From the NCBI GenBank assembly GCA_000708835.1, contig DF237195.1, forward strand, positions 59,209 to 123,208: a DNA stretch of 64,000 nt, given 5' to 3'. Below, in pieces: positions 48,010 through 59,600 of this stretch. The translations under genes were made by a program, and so were the position numbers. Below the pieces are notes generated by a model, which searched no databases, was not told the origin of the DNA, and saw only the letters and a list, made by a program, of their open reading frames with translations. Origin of the DNA: Klebsormidium nitens (Eukaryota; Plantae; Klebsormidiophyceae). The first letter of the stretch is position 1. Every line of letters starts with the position of its first letter.

Positions 48010-49009
48010 CACAGGGAGGTTTAGTCTTCTCCCCCCCCTTCTCCCCTCCTTATCTCCCCCAAGGGGGCGGAGAACACATTCTCCCCCGGTCGGAGCCCGG
48101 TGGTGGAGAATTCTCCCCACATAAGGGGGGGAGAAAGGTCTCCCCTCCTGAACTTCGTGGGGGAGAAAGTCTCCCCCTGTTGACGATGGGGGAGAGCAAG
48201 GGGAGAATTCTCCCCCTACTTAACCAGTGGGGGGAAGAATTCTCCACCTGCTCTCCCCCCTTTCCTTCAAGAGAACGCGACATTCAAGCAATTTCAATAA
48301 AATTTGAAGCCTTTCAAGTGATCCAACGATGCCTAAGGATGTCAAAATTCTTTCGAACCATCAATTCCGCTCAAAGTGGAGTTGCTTGTTTTTGTTAACT
48401 TGTCCATTTCTTCACCGTCCAAGTCCCCACTGAGGCTGCTTGTTGTGGTCAAAAAAGGATCAGAATTGGTTCAAAGGTACTTTGATTCTTTGATCCAGTT
48501 CCCGAAGAGCCTCGAAGATAACATACAGGCTGACAGGGCCATAAAAATCCTCTGCGAAGTGGGAATTTTGCAAAATGGTACTTTACTTAACGCTATATAA
48601 TATTTAAGCTGCCCCCTTATGGTACATACTTCTGAGACAGCTTAGGTGGTTAAGGAGTCTCGCCTTATGACTGGAGGACACGGGTTCGAATTTGGGAGGT
48701 AACAGGCGGGCAACCTTTTGCTAAATCTAATTCTTTTTCGTGTTTTTGCATTTAGACACGTTCTTCTCGGAACCAACGAGCAAACCCGGGTCCGTATTTT
48801 CAAAATTTCCAAGCACTTTCAAACAAACGAAGCACTTTTTGAGTGGGGGAGAAAAGTGGGAAGAATTCTCCTCCGGTGGGGGAGAGGGGGTGGAGAGTGA
48901 CGGTTCTCCTTCCCCCGGGGAGAAGTGGGGGAGACAGGTGGGGAGACATGTCTCCCCCGGTTCTCCACCTCTTCTCCCCGCCGGGTGGAGACGACCAATC
49001 GTCCCTGTG
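48010..49009. mobile_element. Non-autonomous TIR DNA transposon, CACTA/CMC-like
   Basis: 23-bp TIRs cacagggaggtttagtcttctcc and reverse complement cacagggacgattggtcgtctcc (19/23 identical). Dense subterminal GGGGAGAA/TTCTCCCC motifs in both orientations. The flanks cgt and tgt are compatible with a 3-bp TSD carrying one CpG transition. No transposase ORF. Confidence 0.75.
48636..48720 (+). ncRNA. Degenerate tRNA-like Pol III cassette (A box, B box, T-run) inside the TIR element
   Basis: A-box-like AGCTTAGGTGGTTAAG at 48639, B box GGTTCGAATT at 48683-48692, upstream TATATAA at 48594, TTTT at 48716. It does not fold into a full cloverleaf. Confidence 0.45.
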
Positions 49010-49638
49010 TGTTACCTTCAAGCACGCATTTTATTTCATCATTCTACGTATGTGTGCATGATGGAGCATGATCCGTCAAAACGTCTCGTCCTTTCTCGAT
49101 GGATGGCCGTTAAGCACTTTAAGCTAGCAACTTTAGTGCATCAAGTATAGGCAGATTACTGGCCTGCTAAGTGTAAGTTCTGCACATGCATGCTTCGTGT
49201 AACTCGATGACGGCCTGAGATATGCACGGCGGAACGGTATACATAAATGCAAGGCGTGCTTGAAAGTTTCGGCCGGAGTCGTCTCATGCATGTGCAAGAG
49301 CTTCATCAAACATGCGATGAGGGGGCCTGTGTTTAGATTGCTTCGCAGGACTCCAAACACTATTCCAAGTTGAGTGCAGTGTTAATCCTTCAATTGCATG
49401 TCAAAGTGGATGCAAGCAGCTGGACGATATCATTGGTGCCTATATGCAAAAATTGTGGTACACTCGAGCTGTTGAACATCAGAAATTCTTGCGAAGAATC
49501 CAAAGAATTCTGAACACTCATACAATGAAGGGCTCATTGGACAAATCTTAATGTCGTATTCATGGTACTATAAACAACACACAAACTAGTCTGTACACTG
49601 GCCAACACACAGAGCTCTGGAAACTGTACACTATTCCG

Positions 49639-52376
49639 CTACCATTGCCGGCTGCCCACGTTCTTGCAGCGGACCCAGAACGCCACCCCGCCGCCCCGTC
49701 CCCGCGCCACCATGATCTCGTCGTCAGCATAAGAAAACAAAAAGAAGGGGTCCTTGCCGCCTTCCTTCCCCACCCCGGGCACTCGAGATTCTCCCGACCC
49801 TAGTTTGAACGAGAAGGGCTTCAGCGGCCCCAGTTTGATGGAGATCCGGTCGAACGTGAAGGACAACTGGCGATTCTTCCAGCCGAAGACGCCGGCGAAG
49901 ACCAGGTTTCCGAGGCTTCGCAAGTAGACCCCGTTCTCGATCAGGTTCGTCTGCGGATAGGTTGAAACGGCGTTGACCGGGATGATTCAAGGGACAAAAA
50001 ACTGGAGCTGTCGGCCAGACAGCTTTACAAGTCTATCCGGAGAGAGGCAATCAATCCCTTTCCAAACGGAACACAATATCAATGTAACGGATGCTGACGG
50101 CTTACTGACTTCTCCGCCTCTTCAAAACCGTTCAGCAACTGTCAAATAGCCTCACGAACCGAAGCCAGCCTAGTGTCTTGATCGACTTCACCTGAGCATC
50201 GAAGTGCTGCACGGCCGTTATTGGGATGTAGCTGCCCTTTGGCTTTCCGCCCTTCTTTGCGGCTTGGACCTGCGCCAAACGAGCTGAAGCTTAGACCTTC
50301 GAAAAAAGCTAATACCTTTGCTTAGGTTTCAAGCGGAGAGCCCAAGAGGGAAGGCATCGGTCCATCTGGTCGATGAGACTGCGTGCGGAGCTGAAGGAAG
50401 CAAGACGGATGACAGTGTACGGTCTGCAGACGAACGGACCCGTCAAGAGCAGGGAATAGCGGTGCACAAAGAAGCAGATGTTCCGGAAGGACGAGGCATC
50501 TGACAACCGGGAGAATGCGTTCATCTTGGGTGTGGCGCTCGATCGGGCGGCCTCTTTGCGGACAGGCTTTTCACTTCAAGACTCAAAGTCAGCCGTTGTC
50601 CCTGTGGCTTGTATCTTGACGCGATTACAAGAAGCATTATGCTCACTCCCATGCAGCAAGGCAAAGTGCAGAGGAAACGCCGAGGGGAATCCTTCTGTCT
50701 GACAGTGCAGATCAAGGCAATCTGACTGAACGTCCAGAAGAGCCTTCCGCAAAAGCACGATAGAAAAGGGCGACCTGGCATGTCTCGAAGGTGGCACTTA
50801 CATCTTTGGAACCTGCCGTGAAGACGAGCATCCAGTGGTGTCCCGGCGAGGCAGTACCGCCAATGTACTCCAGGAATTTGCTGGAGTCGACCTTGGCCTT
50901 CTCAAGTTCCTGCAAAGCGGAACTAAATGAATCTTTGGACCCGCACATGTGACTTCTACAAGAAAGTCTGACCTGGGTTCCAGGGTTGTAGTAATAGGAA
51001 TACCAACCATACGGGCGTTCTTCATGAATCTGGTCTAAAGGCAGGAATCTGCTTTTCAATCTGACCCCACCCCATTGTTGAATCTAAAAAGCTGCCATGC
51101 ATGACTGTTTTAATCATTTTGCAGGTGCGTTCATGCTTAATGTGCTGGTTGACAAATGAAGCTTCACCGCCCAGAATCTGTTCTGCGTTCACCACTTGTT
51201 GGTTGACGGCTTTAAACTTGGGCTCATTGAACCTTAATATATCGAAATCACGGGCTTGTAGCGCTGAACAGTTGTTCCATATTCCATATAAGATGTCAGA
51301 TTTTGTTACATGCGCTGGTCTTGTCTTCTTTTTTACCATGTGTCTCTGCTGGGCTTCGGCCCCCTCTGCTTTGTTTCTTGCAGCCTTTGAATGCCTTCAG
51401 AACTAAGCGCTTTCTCTGGGGGCACTTGGCATTGCGAGAAACGCGAAAATACGCTTCAAGCTGGCATTCATATAATCATCTGGTGTAGAGCACCATTGTA
51501 ACCATAAGGGGGATGAATGTCTTACAATGATTGCTTGGGTCACTTTGCCCCCTTCCACCTTTCTGGTCTTGGCAGCCTCCTTCAACAGAGCGACAGAGTC
51601 CTTCACCCCAGCATCTGCAAATCCATGGCGTGATTTGACTCCCAGAAGAACAATCTTCGCAACAAAGTCTTGTTTGCTTAAGTGAAGTCACGCGGCCTCT
51701 TCAAGAGCAGATACACTGCCATCCTGACGACTGTCTTAAAAAGCCCAGTAGTGATAGTTTCTATAGGTACGGAACCCGATTTTTGAGAGTAAGCAGCTGG
51801 GCGTTAAGATTTCTGCTTAGACGTCAAACATTGTCGCCCATCAACGCCTATCTTTAAACTTACTGGCCCCCGGTGAATCATCTGGAGGATGTCTGCTGAT
51901 GATAGGACTGCTCCAAGGTCCAGCTTTTGGGCTCGGAGTCTTTCCTTCTGTCTTCTGGGCAACATTTGCGATGGCAGCATCTCACCACTCCAGGGGGTCC
52001 ACATTACCCTAGAACTATCTGCACAGAAGAAACAGGTGGCCACTACAATTGAGAAGACTCTATTCAGCTCACCCGAAGCAGTGCCCTTTGTGCCAGTAGA
52101 CACCGCTGCGCGTACCAGCTGCTTCTTTCCACGTCGGTGGCGCGCCGGCCCTTGCTGCCCGTTCCAGCTCCGCCCAGAATCGCCCAGGTCTCTCAATCCT
52201 TCAAAAGAGCTTCCAGTCAGAAACTTATCGCATCTTGGTGACCTTCTGGACACAGGGATGTTGCTTACGGCTCTTGTTCTGGTGCGCACCTGCACAGATT
52301 GACTTGTCGGACGGCGCCAGCTGTCTAGCATTGCTGCCCTCAAAGCAGGGGGCTGGCAAACGAATGTTTGCGCCAT
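49639..52376 (-). CDS. FBN9: Plastid lipid-associated protein / fibrillin, FBN9-like, with transit peptide
   Basis: Exons 52376-52073, 51614-51526, 50909-50802, 50269-50192 and 49950-49639, phases consistent. Motifs LLKEAAKTRKV, W-x-LVFTAG, YIPITAVQHFDA, IENGVYL, KDPFFLFSYADDEIMVARGRGGGVAFW. Confidence 0.88.
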
Positions 52377-52520
52377 CTCTGCACCCAGAAGCCGATCCAC
52401 CAAGCCGAAGGTCCGCAGGAATGCAGGCTGCCACCCTCCCCCCTTCACTGCTTCTGCCTTCCTTCTGCCTTCACTGCTTCAGCCTAATGCTGGACTGAAA
52501 TAATCGATCCCTCTTATGCA

Positions 52521-52986
52521 TGCAAGAAAACAGAGGCCCAAGGAGGAAAACCCGGGGGGGTGCGGGGGGGCGGCAGCCCCCCCGTTTGTAAAGGAAAAAA
52601 AGAGGTCGGGGAACACGTACCGGGCTCAGAATCTACATAGGAATCCTCCTACGCAAATTTGTATGCCGCTAAATATGCGCCCTTGGAAAGTCCCCTGACT
52701 ATATATTTACTTTTCCAGGTGGTGTGATCGAAGGGCGTGTAGCTCAGATGGTAGAGCGCTCGATTTGCTGAAGGCGTCGCTGTGACTTCCCTCGGATTCG
52801 AGAGGTAAAGGGATCGATACCCTTCTCGTCCAACCATCCGTCCTTTTACCGCGTTTGAAATTCAGATTGAGCTTTCAAAACTTTTTTGGCCTTTTTACTC
52901 GATCGGTGCAAGTCGCCGACCTCCCATCCAACCCTGAATTCGGGGGGGCTGCCGCCCCCCGAGCCCCCCCGCCCCCTTCTCTTGCA
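52521..52986. repeat. GC-rich inverted repeat pair enclosing the tRNA gene
   Basis: Left arm G7-tgc-G7-cggcag-C7-g, 17-nt spacer, gaggtcgg (52554-52609). The right arm (52916-52971) is the reverse complement with the same layout and the same 17-nt spacer. Both outer ends carry tgcaaga (52521 and, reverse-complemented, 52986). No TSD seen. Confidence 0.75.
52733..52832 (+). tRNA. trnA-UGC: tRNA-Ala(UGC) with a 27-nt intron
   Basis: Acceptor GGGCGTG/CTCGTCC-A with the G3:U70 alanine determinant and one U6-U67 mismatch. D arm GCTC-AGATGGTA-GAGC. Anticodon stem CTCGA/TCGAG, anticodon TGC at 52766-52768, T arm AAGGG-ATCGATA-CCCTT (eukaryotic Ala-type A54). Upstream TATATATT at 52700 and TTTT terminator at 52844. 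Confidence 0.88.
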
Positions 52987-53613
52987 GTCTTTTAAGTTAT
53001 TGCACAAAGTGAACAATGGCCGAGGAACTTAAAGCCTCCTTTGTGAGAACCTTCTCTAGGGTTCAAACGTTTACCAAATCATCGTCATCGAGGTCTTGAA
53101 GTTAATACCATGGTACTACTATGAGCACGTCACTAGCTGCTGCCTGGCTGGCACTCGGTGCGCTTGAAGGAGATGCTCGCAGGCCGGCAGCTTAAGATAT
53201 GTTGTACAAGTGAATTTTGCATAAACCTCGAGTCACCGAGGTACGTACCAGTGTTTGAATGACCTCTTGGTACTTCAAGCATTGACCCGTAGGACCCGTC
53301 CTATGTAGACCGGATACAGAGCACGATGTCTGTAAAAATGAACACCTGTCGCTCATGGACATTTGTCGCTCCGATCTATCAAAGATGCCCATGCAATTAT
53401 GCAGCATCTTGGCAACAAATTTGGACGGTCACGCTTGGTCACTTCAAGCCTTCATACAATTTTGCAACACGGGCCGCATGAATAATGCATCATATGTCCA
53501 CGATCGAAGCTGACCTGGAGGCGCGGATGACATGATTGCAAATCAACGTAGCTTGTCGTGCGGTTTTTCGTCAACACGGGATTGAGCTTCGCGGTAAGAC
53601 GAACCGTTCAGCT

Positions 53614-56600
53614 TCACAACAGCTCAGCCTCATCATACTCCTCATCGACGATTTCTCGTGTCCTCTTAAACTTCTGATCCCGCCCCTCCTTCCGACCGTT
53701 CCGCGCTAACCGCCCACTCGACTGGTAGCCTTCCATGAACGCGTTGTCCTTCTGCCAGCTCGTTTTTGCGTACTCGGCCGCTTCTTTCACCAGATACACC
53801 CCCGTCCTATTTTCCGACAGCTGGCTGCTGACGTCAGCACTCTCGGCACCGCTCATGCCGACACCTGGCAACGAATCGATCCTACCTTGCAAGCTGATAC
53901 TCTCGCTAGCATCGCCCAAAAGAGTTTCGCTGCCGGCAATCTCCAACACCGCAGCGACCTTGGTCACACTTGAAGCACTTTCCACGACGGTAACCCTCTC
54001 TTGAGAGAGCACGTCACCCTTTACGTCGTCCGTCAATGCGTTGGAAGCGTCGGAAGCTTCTGATGTCGCCACGTGGCCGTCGGACGTCCGCCCGCCCGTC
54101 GTCTGCGGGAGGTACTCGGGCAGGATGCGGAGGCGGGTGCTCTTGCCGGACCCGACTTTGTCCACCACTAGTTTGTAGCCCTCGATCAGATTCAGCTGCA
54201 CAAAAAGAGATGCTTAAAGTTTGATCACGCATTGCACGTGAGCATCAGAAACGTGCAGGTTTGTAACCGATTGCCCGCAGGACGTTTGCCTCGAAGTCAG
54301 TCGCCTAACTGTGCGCGCTTCATGGCAAATGGCCCTCTAGCTTGCTCACTTGCGGGTGAGCGCATCACGCAATACCAGACTGGCCAGATCGAGGCCTATA
54401 ACGAGCGCTGACAAAGTCTTTCGGCCTCAGGTTGAGCGTGCGGTTGTGGACGTAATGCCTTACTCATGCTCACTGTCTTGTCCAAAACCTCTAGGCTCAT
54501 TTCGACCAAACGCGTATGCCTGATTTTGGCTGCGATGATTACGCCTTTGACAGGAGAGCGTGGATCCCGAAGCATCGACGACTGCGGACGTGTGCGGACG
54601 TGTGCGGACGCTGACCTGCAGCAGCAAAATGTTCCACGGCCGTGGCAGCAGCTCCACCGCCAGTCCCTGCGGGATCACGATCTTCTCGACGGCGGCCCGG
54701 GCTTCCTGCAAACGGAGTCGCATTCGAGACAGTTTCGCGTGAGCTGATTTGTGGATTCAGCCTAGGCGGCGAAAGGGAGTATATAATCACTGGGTTCGAC
54801 TTTTGAGGCGGTCCGCCTGGCTGGGAATCTGGTCCCGACCAAGGCAGCGATAGGCGGTGTAGCCGTTGCAGAACATTGGAAGCAGATTGGCTTTGAAATT
54901 GTTCAAGCGCGTTGGTTCTACACGCAGGGACGGAAAAAACCTCCGGGTGTAAAGATCAAAGGGTACGGCCTTGTACTGGATTGCAAGTCGGCATGCGAAC
55001 GGGTGTCCTATACATCAATGGCAAGCAGCTATGCGTCCTTTCAACGCTTATACCGTCAAGGCAACTGGAGCAATAAGTTTTTTTCCGACTCTAAAAGTGA
55101 GAATGAGACCGAAAGGCGAACCGACCCTAAACCGAAACTCAGATTGAATTCCAAAGTGGTACGGAGTTCAAGCCTGAAGCATCCGCATGCCCTTTCAAGG
55201 AAGATAACCGGGTCCTTTCAAGCCGAGCAACCGACCAAAGCTTTACGCTGTGCTCTTGTCGTGTACTTGTCGCTATCTTTCGTATGCTCATCAGAAGTAG
55301 AAACTTCCGCTTCAGAAAGCTACAACCCCCCACGGTAAATCTCCAGTTGGAAACCACCAACCCACCTTCAGAACGTCAAATCTCCTGCTCCAGATTGTTG
55401 AGCTTTAGCGGCTGGGGGAGTTTCATCGCGGGCTGAAGCAGACAACTTTTTGTTGGAGCATGCCGCACAACTACACAAAGGTTGACTTCCCGGTTGAGTC
55501 AACCGACCCACCTCGAGAGCATCGATCTCCTGCTCCACGTTGTTGGACTTTGACGGCTCGGAAGACTCCACCGGGGGCTCGAGACCGGGCCCCGTGCGCG
55601 AGTCCTCTCGCCCGACTCCGAAGGCGGCACTCGTCGCGGCCGCGTCAAGGCCCAGGATAGCGCGAACGGCGCGGACCATCTGGGGCATCGTATTTGCCTG
55701 CGAAGTAACAAAAAAATCTACTTCAACAGACTCAAAACTAGGCTTCTCGTACATCTGGGGCGTTTGCCTGCGGAGAAGAACGGGGTCTTGAAATTGAGCA
55801 AAATCCAAAATCTGGCCTTCAAAACAGGTTACCACAGAGATGTGCTAGCAACACGGGTGCCCATCACCGCAGACCGTTTGCGTAGAGGGTAAGGAGCCCT
55901 GAGAGGGCCTTCGGGTTCCAAGAACACGTGTCCGGCTTTTGCCGGTCTTAGAACGATGAATAACTGAAAGCTCCTTGCCTCGCAGTCTCCTCAGAAACTT
56001 GAAACAAACAGCCCAGCTTTCATTGACAGAGCATCTCAGATAGGCTTCATGCATCAGACCGACTTTATCATCGTCCGTCATGTATAAACGAGCTCGTCGA
56101 CCCATCAAAAAAGCTAGGGTCCCGCTCATAAGCGCCCCCGTACCTTAATAGCGTATATGGGCAGCTGTCGCAGCTTGGCCACGTCCCGCACCCACGAGTT
56201 GTGCTTCAGCTTGGCGCGCAGCGCCAGGATGACGTCAGCATCGCCGATATTGTCCGTCAGCCGCACCTTCCGGTCCAGGTCCAGCGTTTCAAAGACCTGC
56301 TCCAGCGCGGATTCCGTCACCTGGACGAGGCGGAGCAGAATTCCGGTATTAGCAGAGGATAGAAATTGGACGTAACAAAACTTGATCTGTCAGTTCAGCT
56401 CAGATTGACACGGAAATTTTGGTTCCGCTGTTTTGTCTCAACATCCTGATCCACAGGGGCTGCCTTCGTCCGGGCAGAGCGGAACGAGGAATAGGCGTCA
56501 AACGAGGAAACGCAAAAGGGGTCTCGTCCAGAACAATCGTCTCCGGAGGCTCGTCTGGTCCGAAACTTGTCGCGTGAACAAGACGAAGCGAAATGCAAAT

Positions 56601-59600
56601 CAAACGACAGGGATGCCGGGCAAGACGTTGCTCCAGCATGGGTTGTGTGATCGAAAGGGAGCATGGCATGGTTAGCTTCTCTTTCGAAGACCAAACTCGT
56701 ATCCAAAAGGCATACTAAAAGCGTTTTCCAGAAAGGAGCACGCCAGATCGGGACCCCAACTTACTCGCAACACCGTTCCATGCGTCAGAAACACGACTTT
56801 ACGTGTTCCGTCCGAACAGAATTTCCCCCCCAAAACCATTTCCAATCGAGCTAGTGACTCGCCTCGAAGGGATACATCTGCAGCGGCCCCTTCTCTTCGG
56901 CGGCCGGCAGCCGCCCCGCACCCTCGCCCGAGCGCGCGCGTGCCCGTTGCTCTGCCGCGTTCATGCGATCCAGGGCCTCCACGAACTCCTCCTCGGAGTC
57001 GCTGTCATCCTTCAAATCAAAGCGGAGGACTATTTCAATTATTGAAAAAGAAATAGATTGCAGCACATTGCGCAGCAAAGCACCGCGGAGGTCAGCATCG
57101 CGAACAGGACTGGAAGAAAAGGGGAGCGACCGACGTAAACGAGCCGGAAACACGAGCAGAAAACTTTTTTAGTGCAGGTTATTCACGGAGCAGTCAAAGC
57201 ACGCCGGATGAGAGCTAGTCTCCCGCGGAGACGCAGAACTACGTACACGTATTATTTTAAACCACGACGAGAACATAAGGTGTTTGCTTTGACAGACCTA
57301 TGAAGAAGCTCAGACGAAACTGCGGTACTCAGATAGGGCAACCAGTCTTTCACGAACAAAAAAACAGCAACAACCCTCCCTGCAAGCCACGATCCTTACC
57401 TCGGCGTTCGAGCGGTATCTCCGGCCGTTGCTTTCTGCCATCCTGCGCCGATTCCCCGCCCCTGTTTCCCTCTCCGACTCTTCCGATTCCGATTCCGTCC
57501 CGTCGTCCACGTCAAACCCTCCGCCGGTATCGATCTTGCGGTACTCGCAGCGCGGCCGCTTGCCGAGGAGCATGGCGTCAACGGTGGCTGTACGGGCACA
57601 AGTCACAGCGATTGACACTAGCTTCGCGGCTGACTGCGAGTCTAGGGATCGAAAGGGCGCCCTCAGGAGGCGCCTTGAAAGGATTTTGAGAAACGTTGTG
57701 CAGAAGCGTAATAGACAGGGAGACGGTAGTAAAGGCTCAGGGCAAGGGGCTTCTCGTATCGCTTGCAAGCGTCGATGGACTCATGACAATTAAGTGAAAC
57801 GGGAAGAAGTGACGCTGGGCCTGGATATGTTGACAAAGGACACATACCGCACCGGAGAAACGCCAGACAGTCCGTGCTACTCCCCAGAGAAGGTCAAACA
57901 CAGAACGAGTCCGAGCCCCCCAGGCCCCGCATACATCGTAATATAGCCTCCAGCCCTAGATTTCAAGAACTTCTAATCAAACTTTCCAAGAGCTTACATA
58001 GATTCCGAAACATCTTAGCCCAAGACCTTGACACCCAACATTTGTCTCCCGATATAAAATTGATTTCCGTACCTGACAAACTCCGGTGCACTCGCCACTC
58101 GGTTCGTGAGATCATCTCCACCGCAGCGGAGAACGTCGGCGGCCCCTTCCGCTCCAGGACGCTCTTCTGCACGCCCCGCCGCCGCGCCTCGTCGTCGCCC
58201 AACGTCACGCTCTGTAGAGGAACCCAGGTAAGCATGATGTTTTCATCCACGGTTCAAGACGGAGCATATTGACGGACGAGGTTTACCGACGCTCCGTTCC
58301 TAAGCATTTGCCGCAGTGAGGGGCAGCCAATCTGGAGCTCTTTGAAGCAATTTTTGTTCAGAGGGAAAGAAAAAGAGAAGGCAGAGGGACAATTCCAGAG
58401 CAGTTTTGTTTAGCCGGCCAGCTCAATGCCGCCTGCCTGCTATGGGGGCTGAGAATTTAATGTGGAGTGGCAGTGACGATTTCGATACCGTGAGAACCAA
58501 ATCTTCAAAGTCAGAACCACTTGACAAGCTGGGACGCTGAAGAGAAACAGCAATCCTGGAGGATCGACAACCTGTTTCTGTTTCTTTTATTCTCAACAAA
58601 AAGGTCTCTTGTTAACTTTTATCTCACTAAAAGTGGGCGTCCGGTCTGCACTCACGAGCGCACCTGGACATTGGACGGTGCAAACCACCGAGTTGGATCT
58701 ATCGGACGGCTCAAAGTTGGCCCTTTCGAGCCTCCCTCCAGCCTTCCTCAGGACTCAGTCTCACTAGTGAGCTTATAAAATCCGACGCCCACTTTAATTT
58801 GTGAAAGTGGACTGCCCACCTCGATGCCGCCCGCCAGCTGGCAGAGCGAGGGGTTCTTGATGAGGTTCTCGATGGTCATTCCGTGCGCGGTGCCGACCAG
58901 CTGCACGCCGCGCTGCGCGATGGTGCCCGCGGCCGCCGCCTCTAGTTCCGTCCCGATCTCGTCGATCACGATGACCTGCGGCATGTGGTTCTCCACTGCC
59001 TCGATCATCACCTGGAAGCAACGGGCAAGACTTCGGTACCTTATAAATCGGTCTGTGACTCCTCTCGCTTCACCATGGATTAAGGATCCAGCGACAGTTC
59101 TGTTTGTCGTGTGGCGGCTTTGACCGTCTCTGTGACTCGGTATACTTCATGCTTGTTGGACAAAAAGGCCTTGTCGGCATGTCGACTCGCTGGAGTGAAA
59201 GCCCAAGAACATTGGGAACCTTCAGATCTCCTCTATATCTCCACGTAATCGAGAAATCGGCTCCGAGGGAAATGTCCAAAATTGAAGCGGAGAAGAACCG
59301 TGAAGCTCAGTCTCCAGGGCTTGTAAAGAGACTAGACGAGTCTCCCAGTGCCTTACTTCCAGTTCTGATCCTCCTCTGCGGCGACCCCAGCCTGTTCCTG
59401 TCGTCACAGAAAAAGTAAGACCCAGAAAGAGAGGAAGACTAGCTTACGTGATGTTGCAGCTCGGGTGACGGCACCTGCATCCTGCGCGCGCGCCCGATCC
59501 CCGGGTGCGGGATGTCGCCGTCCCCCCCGATCTCGTTACTGGTATCCACAATCACGACGCGCTTGTTGTATTCGTCCGCGAGCATGCGGGACACCTCGCG

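Noticed and set aside
48636-48720. Functional tRNA gene
   Set aside because: D, anticodon and T stems do not pair properly; kept only as a tRNA-like Pol III cassette.
52733-52832. tRNA-Ser(GCU) or selenocysteine tRNA with a long variable arm
   Set aside because: No anticodon stem forms around GCT and there is no TCA anticodon. G3:U70, A73 and the body match tRNA-Ala with an intron.
57428-57793. Plus-strand ORFs inside SPD1
   Set aside because: Antisense to SPD1 exon 6 and its intron.
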